A stretch of DNA of 64,000 bases from Ostrea edulis (taxonomy: Eukaryota), in the NCBI RefSeq assembly GCF_947568905.1, contig NC_079165.1, positions 72,292,001 to 72,356,000 of the forward strand, in the 5' to 3' direction. Below, one piece after another: positions 25,013-36,887 of this stretch. Numbering within the stretch: the stretch's first letter is position 1; the number at the start of each line of letters is the position of its first letter. A model generated the notes under the pieces. It made no database searches, was not told the origin of the DNA, and saw nothing but the letters and a program-made list of their open reading frames with translations. Made by a program: the position numbers and the translations under genes.

Positions 25013-27703
25013 CCCATAGACTGGATTAGGAACACTAAGACTGGTCTCTTCGTCCTTAATATCTGGGGCAAAGGTCACTTGGCTCTTGTGTCGTCTGTCG
25101 ACGTCTAGTGAATCTATATATCGGTGGTGATTCGGCACTTTCTTCATTGAACAAGGATCGTCTGCTCCTTCGATATATCGATTTGCGATTGATAACTTAT
25201 GATCTATCTCCTTGGTATCACTCGGAGAAGAGAATGTCTTTTCTACTTTCATTATTTCCCTTGGGTCCTTACGGTTATTGTCCAGCCATCGAATTATACA
25301 GATTGTCAAAATAATGAAGCCAGAGAGAGCTAGGGTCACGGTCACCAATACAATCACTATAGTAATGTTAGTTTGGCTGTTAGAGGCCAGAGATTCAGCA
25401 CCAGCAACCTTGACAAAGAACTCCATTCGACTTATTTGAAACACCAGTCCACGATCCCTAGCAACAGCCACAAGACTAAAAGTCTGACCAGAGTATTCTT
25501 CGAGTGCTTTCTTGGCAATTATATCACCCGTATCAATGTTGGCATAGAGAACTTCAGAAAAGTTTGTGCCCTCGATGCCATAAGTTATCTGACCGTTCTG
25601 TTCTTTGTCTGGGTCTCTAGCCCGCAAGCGTGCGATTATTGTTCCTGGTTTGATGTTTTGGGATACTAGGACCGAATTGTTAGTACTCGTTGGGAAGAGG
25701 AATCTTGGACTGTTGTCATTCTCATCAGCAACTGTAACTTTTACTCGAGCTGAGCTAGATTTTGGAGGTTGACCTTTGTCAGCAACAAAAACTGCGAATT
25801 CAAATATCTCCTGCGATTCTCGGTCTAATGACCTAGTTGTTAAGACGACACCATCTTTGGTGACATTAAACGGCTGAGTGCCACTCTCAACATAAAACTC
25901 AAACTCTTTATTCACTCCTTCATCAAGGTCTCCAGCCATGAGTCTACCAACAGTCGTTCCTGGTGGTTTTTGCTCCGAGACTTTGAATAGAAACATGTTT
26001 TCAAGAAAGGTTGGGGCAACATCGTTTTCGTCAATGACCTTGACCATCACAGTTGCGGTTGCAGACAGAGGTTCAGATCCTTTGTCAGATGCAATGATTT
26101 TGAATACGAAAGACGGAATGATTTCCCGGTCAAATGAAATCCCTGTCGTAACACTGCCTGTGACAGCGTCTATTGCCAGCTGATATTGCAAGGTCTCGTT
26201 ACTAGACAGGAGTTGATACCGCACTTCACCGTTTATACCCTCGTCTGCATCAGTTGCCTGTACTCGGATAACTTGAGCTCCTTTGCGATTATTTTCTGGA
26301 ATACTTCCTTGATATATATTTGAACTGAACTTTGGTGCATTGTCATTTGAGTCCAGAATGATAACTTTAAATGTATGTGTTGAGGTCAATGGAGGGTTCC
26401 CAGAGTCCGAGCACACAATTGTTATCGTATGATTTGGCGATGTTTCGCGGTCTAGAGGTTGCGCAACAGTAACTTTGTACTCATTGACTTCAAGTCTGTC
26501 TATTCTGAAGTACGAGTTATCTAGCGTGCACGTGACGTAACCATTCATGCCGGAATCGCTGTCAATGACAACAACATGAGCTATCGCGGCGTCAACGGAG
26601 GTATCCTCAGAAATCCGCGCAACATCAGACGTTGGAAGAAGAGTGACGTGTATTTCTGGAGGATTATTTCCGGAATCGATGACAGTGACCTTGACGGAGG
26701 TCTGGGTCGTTAGAGGCTGATCCCCTAAATCGCTAGCTTCTACGATCACTCTATAGGGGTTCCCATCATTATAAGGTAAAGTCTTTGCAACACTTAACTC
26801 ACCAGTAGTTTCATTTATTGCGAACAGTTGTTTAATGTTTTCGGACTGATGCGAACTTAGACGATACCTGATATCTGCATTTTTTCCAGTGTCAAGGTCG
26901 GTTGCGGACAAGGTGAGGATTACACTTCCGACAGCAATATCTTCCTTTACGGACACGTTGTAGATTGTGCTGCTGAGCATTGGCGCGTTGTCATTGACGT
27001 CCGTAATCCTGACATTCACGAGTAACTTTTCTGACCTTGGGGGATTGCCGCCGTCAGAGGCAATGACAATGAGGTTATAGGAGTCTTGAACTTCTCTATC
27101 AAGCGCTTTATCAACGACTAACTTCACAATGGATGTACCGTCTAAATTCTTGACAAAGCTAAGGGAAAAGGGTGAATTGGTTTGTTCTAACGTGTAGGAG
27201 TTTAGTGTGTAGTTAGGGCTAGTATCTGCATCTTTGGCACCGTCAATTGTAAAGGAGTTTCCGATGAGTGTGGACTCTGGGATGTCCAGTCGCATGGAAC
27301 TTCTTGGGAAAACAGGAGAATGATCATTGATGTCTTGTATGTAGATCGTCAACAGAATCTTAGTGAAAAAACTGCGTATGCTGGATTGTGCCGCGGCTTC
27401 CAAAGATATTTTACAAACTGTTGAAAAGCGACACACTTGTTCACGGTCGACTACCTGAGCAGTGTACAGATTACCTGAAGTCTGATTTATGGTGAACAAT
27501 GATACGTAACTATCCCCTGATAAAATACTGTAACGAAGGGTTCGGAAATCACTCGGAGTCATCTCTGACATCAGGTTAGAATCCATCGCAACGTTACCAA
27601 TGTAAGTTCCATTAGGAATCTCCTCATCGATGCTGTAGATAATTTCTCGTCCATGACAGGTAACAAGGAGGAAAATCGACATAAACACGGAACACCTCCA
27701 CAT
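25013..27703 (-). CDS. Protocadherin, large first coding exon: signal peptide, 7 cadherin (EC) repeats, TM, proximal cytoplasmic region (897 codons)
   Basis: The ORF has repeated xE / DRE / DxNDN / A-x-D-x-D cadherin motifs, an EC1 C-x5-C loop (VCRFSTVC) typical of protocadherins, and TM segment ITIVIVLVTVTLALSGFIILTICII. The whole ectodomain is in one exon. An in-frame phase-0 donor TATGGG|GTAAGT lies at 25012, so the last 28 codons of the 925-aa ORF are intronic. Confidence 0.95.
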
Positions 27704-30700
27704 TTTGTTAACTCACACAGATTCAAAACGTAAAAATTAAACCATGTTTCGCCAGTTCCTTCTTTAACTTCCTTCTCCGATAATGAGATGATTAATTGGT
27801 ATTTTATTGTAATGCTGTCACTTTTGATCCATTTTCAATGACATTGATGGTATGATTTTTTCGAACACATGGAGGCACTAACACAAACCATACTATTTCA
27901 CTTCAGTTAGCTGTTGAATTTCCTCTCGCAGGACTAAAATTACGACGATACTTCTCTCTAAAAATCAACGGCTGCCTTCCTACAAAATGAAAGCAATTAT
28001 AAATATTTACCCAACATTGTAGGCAATAATACTTAAAACAGATCAACAAGTCAAAATATTTGCCAGTTAGAAATTTAGCATGTGTTTGTGAAACGGCATC
28101 TAAACAAGTGGCCCAAGACGTGCGAAATAATTTACATGAACACCTCGTTTCACACCACAGTAGCCGAGATTTACCTTTCTATTGTACAAGATAATCACAT
28201 ATTGAAGACAGTAAAACCTAAGGAAAACACAACTGTCCACACATCAAAGTTCTCTCCTCATTATCAAACTTTTTGTTGCACTGCAATTTCATGGCTTGGT
28301 CACGCCCCCTATCTATTTACTATCCAATGGACGACCCCGCTGGTGTATTGATGCGGTACTCGAGCACAAGGCACTCGGCGCTTTTAGCACGATAAATATC
28401 TTTAACAACATTTAATCCTCGTATCATCGTATTGTCAATTATAGTAATACTTCTTTCACAATTTTACCAGCAAATGCTTCATCATTCGCAAAGACTTTTG
28501 ATACCTGTTTCAGTGTATCTGTGTACTAAATCTCTCTAACTCCATCTAATTTGAATTCCTTTTTAACCGAGAATCCGATTATCTTAATATTATTAACCGT
28601 TATATTACAAGATAAAAGGGAAACATTTACAAAAAGGAAATTTTTGAAATTCAAATAATTGAAATCTTACGTCCATCTACTTGCCCAAAGGGTGTCATTG
28701 AGTTTATAAGGAAAAAAACCCCATTTGTCATCAAAGCCGTGAGCGCCGAGGCTTTGTATAAATTAAATTCAAACCAAATCATTTATAAATTGATTCATAA
28801 GAAGATGAAATCTAGTCAAAGATGGCCAGAACCGGATCATTGTAAACAAAGGGACGGAAAAATAATTTCGGGGAGGTCTTGACCTATCCGAAATAAGGCG
28901 ATGATACGAACTTATATCACCCGTCATCAATACCCGTTTTCTATAACAGATCGGGCTCGGATCTGAGAATCAAAACTAATCGCAGTAATTCTATACACAT
29001 GTCTGATAAACAAGTACGAGACTATTGTTTTAGACCGTTTAATGATAAAAAGGATACATTTAATTTATGGAATTGACACTTTAACTGATAACTACTGAAT
29101 TGAATGCGTGTGAAGCATTTCAAGACGCGTCTACAAAAAGCTCATCAGCTGCGAGATAAGACAACGGTGGGAGTCTTTTGTTTTTTGCTGTAAGGCTGAA
29201 GAATAAAAAACAAGGTGACGATGGTTAATTCTGATTAGACACACTTAGTCATCCTGCAAGATATGACTCGAGCATGCTTTTTTTAGGCTCTTTGACAGAA
29301 AATATCTGGCTACTAATCCAATTTTTCCTATTTTGCTGTTCAAATGCAATTAACCCGATAACTTTATTGTAAAAGGGTATAATGCTTGTCCAAGATTAGG
29401 GGGACCTCTGTTTTTGCAAAAAAAAATTCCCCCCAAAATTACCATAAAATATAGCAGTTTTTTGGTCCTTTGTGTCAGTAAATATCTTAGTAAATCCAAT
29501 TTCGCTATGCAAATATTATTAATCTGGAGATTTTATGGTTAATCACGGCTTATTCCCTGACCACTGTCCGTGTGAAGAATCGATGACGGGAGAGAAATTA
29601 ATTCCGGGAGAGGGGCACGTGCCGGGAGAAACAAAGAAAGACATGTAATGTCGTCCATGTCGCGGAAGAAGATAGGGAAATTTTATTATCAGGGAGCAAG
29701 GCGAGATGAAATGCAATAACACTAATCATTTCAACAGATGCATTACCACTTCATAGCATTCTTTACACCAGATAAATAACCTTTGACAACCTTAATGAAT
29801 TATTATTAATATCATTTTCCTACTCCTTGTTTTATCAGAAAAGATCACCAATATCTAAGGGTTGCTGTTCGTTTTAAAGGGTTTTTGAAATATAACCAAC
29901 AAAGCACTTTTAATTATCGATAAAAGACGGGGATTGTTTTGGTTAATTATTCGAGTAACGCGAAACACACCACCCCATTGTTCGATAAAGAGGCACAACA
30001 GATTGGAAAACCGGTCTGGGATACTTCCAATGCGAAGTACTGCCATCTTTTTTATTAACCAGAAAGCTAAGGTTGTTGTAGGTCAAATTGCAAAAGCAAG
30101 ACGCAATATTAATACAGGACTCTGCTGAAGAAACTGGCCAGAATTTTGTTTTAAAGTATCATTTACCACTAAATCCCGAAATCCACTTCTTTCCACTTAG
30201 ATAGAAAACATTTTAATGTCTAAAATTTCGGGTATCATTTCAAATCCTGCAGCTTTGAATTCGACCCAGTTTCTGTTTTAATCCAAGTTAATAAATCTTC
30301 GTATTGCTTTCTCTACCTATTCGGTATAGAATTATCCAAGGAATGTTATTTGTAAAGGAAACTTTCATGTATCCATGACAACATCACTCTCCTGATCTTA
30401 TCGCGCAGTGGACGCTGCATGGGTCACGTGGACAATTGTGTCTGCGCCCTACCCACGAGTGAGATGGCAGTTTACATTACATAATTCAAGTCTTTTCAAC
30501 TTTTCAGACAGGTAACCAGCACAGGTAGTCGACAGGTGTCAGTCTATGTTTGTGATATACAAACTGTGATTTCCTTTGAATTTCCAAAGAATAAAGTCTA
30601 TAATAAAGACGAAGTGGTCCTCTGTTTTGATTACAGTAACCTTCAAATTTTTCAATTATACGGTTGCTTGAGTAAGATTTTGCCAGTTCGTTTGTTAACT

Positions 30701-32949
30701 ATCCGCAACAGACACCTTTTAAGATGTTTTACACTACGTAAATGTCATAAGATGGGGATTTTCACATTTTTCTTACACAAAACCCTCAGTAACAGAATGA
30801 TACGTTTTTTCAATAATTTGCATAATTTACCGTCTCCGTTACCATGATAATGCAAGATTATTTGAATGTTGGGTCATTTTACATAATCAGTCAGCGGTAA
30901 CTATCTGAATAGAAATTTTTCATATACTTTGACAGGTAATCATTTGAATTGAAATTGGATATTTCACTTCAATTTTATGGCATTCATACATATATGCTAG
31001 GTAACGTAGCTTAGGTTTTTTTTATTTTAGGACATTTTGCAGTTAGCACGGTACACGATTCCGTTCACTGGATAATTGCGGAAGAAAATTCGTTACATTT
31101 ATTTCAATTTACTTTATCTTTAACGCCAGTGTCAGGTTTCAAAGATGTTATTACTCTTTGTCCTTAGTTTGATTCGTTATACATCCATTGGTCATGACAA
31201 GAATCCATAAGAAAGTTTTCACTTCCGGCCACCGCTACTTGATAATGCAATCGGGTGGGTGATAATGGACAACGAGTAGCCATTAAGTCAAACATCAGAT
31301 GATTCGGTCACTGATAGCAGGAGTCTGAATTGTATTTTTTCCTAAGTTAGGTTTTTGATAATGCCGGTGAAAATGAAGTTTATCTGTTTTTCTTCAGTAA
31401 ATCATTCTTAAGACGGTCTGCATTAGTTCTTTACGATACAGCTGATCGAGATATAAACAGTTTTCTTAAATCACGGTAACACGGAAATATCAAGATATCA
31501 TGTGAACCCCGAACCCAAGCCTATATCTTATTACAAAAATCTCTTCTTTTTTTTGTCTTTATCATATAAAAATATTGGTTTAGCTGATCGCCAAGGAAGA
31601 AAATCTGTTACGTAATAGGGGTATTACCGAGCCATGTATTGTCAGCATTGTTGTGAGGAAGAGAAAGATTTCTGATGATTGTTTCTTCAAATCCATCACC
31701 AGATCTCCGGATTACAAGTAAAAGTGACGATCGTTTGTACTAGATTTGTCTGTAACTGTCCCGTGGCAAAGAACGAGAAATGGCCTAGTATGCTGAACGT
31801 GCCCGAGGCAGTTCCTAAAATCAGACCGCTGTGCACACCGATTTAATCAGAATGCATTTCTTTACACCGTTATCTGATTGCCTTTATTAAAACATCAATG
31901 AAATACCATAAAAACATCAGTGATACAAAATAGGCATAAATATTTTTCCAAGACTTCCGTTTGTTGTATACCGTCAACGCGCTACCGGTGCCCTTCAAAA
32001 CAAAGGCGTTTTCCAGAAATCTTTGAAATTATGGTGGGAATTATCAGTTTGCTGACTTTATCCTCACTTACAGCGGAGCCTTCTCTATCGTCAATTTTCA
32101 GTAGATCTAGATCGGTGTCAACACGACTGTAGATTTAAGCCAACCTGATCCCAATTCATGTCCGATATATAACATCAGAGCAGCCAATTCATCAGTTTGT
32201 TTGGATAGCTCTAGTCAATTACAAGAGTTCTTCATTGCAGTCATTCCTATGTCATTTTAGATTCGTTAGCCAGGGATCATCAATGAAACACTAGTATTTA
32301 CCACAAGGAACAAACTTTATGATGAACCACAGCCTTCAAATTCCAATCTTGTATATCGTTGGCTGAAAAGCAGGTATAAATTAAGTGTTCCGGCTGTATA
32401 ATCAACTAGTCCACTCTCCATTTTCCTTACATGATAATTATTTTTTCTTCTTTTATTTTTTTAAATAAAAAACCAGGGGTGCAAATAATCTTACAAAACC
32501 AAGTGACAGCTGAGACGATCACAAGTGTTAAGTGAATAAAAGCCATGATCTTTTGATTAGCTTGATGGAATCCTCCATATGCAATTACAATTTTTCCATT
32601 GTGGTCATTTCGTGTGGACAAAATTTGCAGTGGTCATTTCTCGTGGACGGAAAGTGACGGCCCGCTATGTTTACAACAAGACTCGGGGGAAAGACAAGAT
32701 TTACTTGACGCCTCGGTCGTAATTTACATGATGTGAGGGACATAAAAAACCGTCAACTTGCAGAGAGAACTGTCATCGATTATTACCCACACCAACAGTA
32801 CAAATCGTGCACACATTGAACTGCAGATAATACATATACACACTAACGAGGGGAAATCCCGTGTATGTATTGCCATTTTGACTTTGAAATGAAATAAATC
32901 ACAATGAATTTAATATTTATCACCAAATGCAGTCTTGGATGCAAATCTT

Positions 32950-32973
32950 TGGGGGGGGGGGGGGGGGGGGGGG
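32950..32973. repeat. Poly-G tract
   Basis: Read directly from the sequence. Confidence 0.85.
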
Positions 32974-35900
32974 TTATGAATGACTATAAAATATGCTGCC
33001 CGTTGGTATCTAAATATTTTATTGAACTTGCATAAACAATTAGGATCGGTCACCGATCTTAATTGTTCAGTTAAGTTCAATAAAATACGGAGTTCTGTAA
33101 TTTAGTACACCCTCTCCCAAAAGTATACGATAAGGAAAAGTAATTCAAAATTACAATATGAAAAAGGTCACTACTACACAATACACCACAGTTCACCATA
33201 CCTACTTGTATTTTTATATTTTGAATGTACATAAATGTACTTATATAATGTACTTATATATAAAAGACAGAATCTTCATCTGCTATCCATTTAATTATCA
33301 TTTTCAAAGATGCCCCCCTTCCGCACCAGTGGATTGATTTTCAACAAGGAATTAAACAGCTCTTGACTGTTCCGGGCAGGGGAAAAAATCTGAAAACTGA
33401 AAATATACAAACATGCAAAACACTCTTTCTTTCAGCATACTGAGGTATGACCAATCGCTGAACCGCATAATGAGCGCTATAGCTGTTTTGTCTTGTAGAT
33501 CCATAAAATTAATGAATCCCTGCTATAAATGAGGCGACTGTGGCGGGATTACTGGTATATTTCGGCAATAAAGGTAAATATATACGAAAACACTGAGAAA
33601 TGGCGAGTCTCTCTCATTCCCAAAATATGCCATTCCAAAGTATAGGCAATTTCCATTTTGATTTGCAACGTTTGCTTTTGGAATATAAGAAGAATTTGAT
33701 GTTTTAATTGTTTGAGACTAAGACAACAAACAAACATTTAAAAAAAATTAAACAGAACTAGGGTCCTCGCCTTACTTTTGACCTTTGGTAGGATAAAGTG
33801 ACTTCACCAATCTTATGAATTTTAAGGTTGTGGGTACAATGTGCTAGTTTTATACAATTATACAACGTCCGTGTTTGATAATGTATATATTTAGGCTATT
33901 TTTCTATGAAATGATTTTATATTACAAAGTTAACAAAAAATACAACCAACCACAAGAAGACCAACGCGGAACTAACCGAGCATCTGCATGCCGACAATTT
34001 TTTTTTTTACGTTTAAGAAAAGATCATAATGAAATAAAACCTCATACCTACATTGCTGTAGTTTTCTCCACAAGATCTATCCGGATCTGCTTCCTGGTCA
34101 ATTACCATCAGTCGGTGATTATAGAAACGCACTTATCATTAAGATCTAATCGTCCTGATACCCACGAGAGGTGTCAATTTTCACACGCCCCTGTGTTACA
34201 CAATAATTTTTTTTAACAAAAAACCAAATCGATTTTCAAGACAACTTTGTTAGTACATCCCTGTATTTTAAAACAACTATATGGCTGTCCCGGGGCTTTC
34301 GTAGTTCTAGTTGTTTGGAGCTGGCCTCGCGCCCGGAGGGGACCGATCACTACACGGCTGATTGACAGTACAGTATTGATGCAGTGACACGCGCATCAAT
34401 CTCTCCATAACACTGCTTAATAGGCTGATAATCATTTTCTGTTTACGGAATACGTATAAGTATTTAGATGTACATATATAAGAACACTCTGTGCACCGCC
34501 TGTGCGTAAGAAGGGTTGTTTTGTATAGGAAGGAAGGACGGGTGCCCAGGCGCCTGAATCATACATTCATATGATGGAGGGAAAAACAGACCCACTGAAA
34601 GTGACATCATGATACTGCTTAATCGTCTGTAAACAACTTCAACATTCAACTTTTCTAATCACAGAGAACTTCATTCTAAATTGACACTTCTCGACAAAGG
34701 TTTCATTTATTTTCTGCTGCGTGTGATGTGATGAAATCTAAGTTTAATGTCCGTTTTTTACTGTTTTCTTGTATGAGAGGAATTTTGATTTGCAACTTTT
34801 TTTTACCCCCGATGTAACGAGTGTTAGTGTAATCAAACTAGATAACACTGTGATTAGACCACTAAAAATAAATCAAGACAGCAGTCAAAAATTCAATTCA
34901 ATGTAGTCACAACTGTTTTCCCCGAACAGTTAGACACTGAAATTGAATTTTAATACGAGCAAGTTTGTATCAAAATTCAATTCACGATAGGTAGGCTGTG
35001 TCATTCAACAAAACAGCAGAAGGGAAAACATGGAACCGTGCATACCGGTACAATGTTTCGATAAAATAGACATATTCACATTTTTTATAAGAAAATGGAA
35101 AAGACAAGAAAGCTTCGATATCTAAGAATTCTTGAATAAATTGCAAAGCAAAATCCCAGCTTCACCAATTCAATCTATCTTAATCTTCTGTGTCTATCGC
35201 GATCTGACAGTTCTCTCTATATTCAGAACGGTATCTGATCCTATCTAAAGCCCATCTTATTTTCGCTGAAATGCTGTCTATCTAGTTCAGTTTAAATCCT
35301 TGCAATTTTTCAAATGATGTAACAGAATCGGATAACATCTGTTTTGAAATAAACTAAATAATGTTCACTTGATACTCAAAACCATTGTCTGTTAGAAATA
35401 TTATTTATGTACCGCACTAAAACCCGAAATTCTAACCAAGTTCTTAAAAACGAATCAAATTGTTTGCTACTGCATTGTACATAGTTCAAGTACGCGTCTT
35501 TAAATCGAGTGTAATGAATTTTACAACACAAGCATCAACAATGTAACGAAAACGCTATTAAATCGTTTTATTTAAATTCATTTTGAATGATATTTGTGTT
35601 ACAAACATCAAGATAATGATGTCCATGTGTCAATTTCAGCCAATGCCAGGATACCAAATATACTGAGCGATCTATTATATACTCTTTGTATTGTAATCCC
35701 AAGCTCGGTGAGTATAAAGGTATTAAAGTAGATTTAAAATTGATTACTTTTGTATTTTTAACAATTTAGATTAAACATGTCGATGACGAGGCTGTTTCAG
35801 CAGGTGGGGCAGAGTACCTGTCGTCTGAGGTGGCCGTCACGGCCGACTGACCTTGTTTGTAGCGCTTAGGTGTGTCCATGTAAGGCTGTCCAAACGACTG

Positions 35901-36009
35901 GCCCCTGGACACGCGTCAGACCAAACCGAACTCTTCATCTAACCGCGCCAATTTCATTTAATCAACAGAATATTTGGAACAGCATGGAACATGACGAATC
36001 GTATGCGTG

Positions 36010-36887
36010 TTATATATCGAATGAGACTGTCTTTTGTCCGCCTTTGGACTCAGAAAAGTCAGAAAGAAGAATTGAACCCTTCATCTGCTTGTCTACTGCT
36101 TCTGGCGCCATTTGATCTTTTGCGTCGTCATCATTCACCTGAAATAATGTATTCTTGGATTTGAAAGTAGTCTGAATCTTGCTCATGTCTGAAGTCCTTC
36201 TGCTAGAACTAGGTGGGGGGAAATTAAACGTCACACCTGGGAGTTGGTGGTCCGTTTTTCTCGCTAATGATTCATCACGTTTGTTGACATCTGATGCATT
36301 GTTTTCTTCATCAGACTTGGCACCTGTCTGTCCATTCGTAATAGTGTGTTTTTCTGCGATTGTTGCTTCTTCGACTGTTTTAAATGTCTCTCTGGTTTCC
36401 GTCTCCTTATTTCCGGTAACGGATTGGTTGACGACTGATTGCAATTCATTGTTTCTTTCAGAACTTTCTTGGAGCTCCCCCACACCTGAAGTTACTTGTG
36501 CACTCTCCACTTCTTCCTTGAATATTCCCTTCGGATCCTGTTCACTTTGTATTGTAATCGGCCAATTTCCTTCGACAGTTTGTTTTTTATTGAGTTTAGA
36601 GCTATATGCAAAATCATTTCTGATAGTGTGAGTCGAATCTGTCCTCACGATGAGAGTGTCTGCAGTTTTCAAAGTGTCTGGGAGATCTCTCTCCCCAACA
36701 TGTTCACAGAAATTGGTTTTCATAACACCCTGTTCCAAATCTTGTACATCTGAATTTGCCCTGCTGCTTTCAGAGGGACTGTCCGTCACTTCGTCCTCGC
36801 TCCTATTCTCGAGGGGATCTTTCTCTTCCTCAAAATGTTGGTTTATTTTGCAGATGCAGTTCATCTGTTCACAGTTGTTGCAGCACC
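36010..36887 (-). CDS. Exon 12 (terminal) of the 12-exon receptor: Cys cluster, then an acidic/Ser/Thr-rich low-complexity tail ending KTVSFDI*
   Basis: Lies within the 301-aa ORF 36010..36915. The phase-1 acceptor ttcgctattttgcatccAG|GG at 36888 is in frame with exon 11. Confidence 0.78.

Noticed and set aside
35770-35935. GC-rich patch after the orphan gene stop codon as an extra coding exon
   Set aside because: All frames have stops and no donor precedes the stop at 36010. Treated as 3'UTR.
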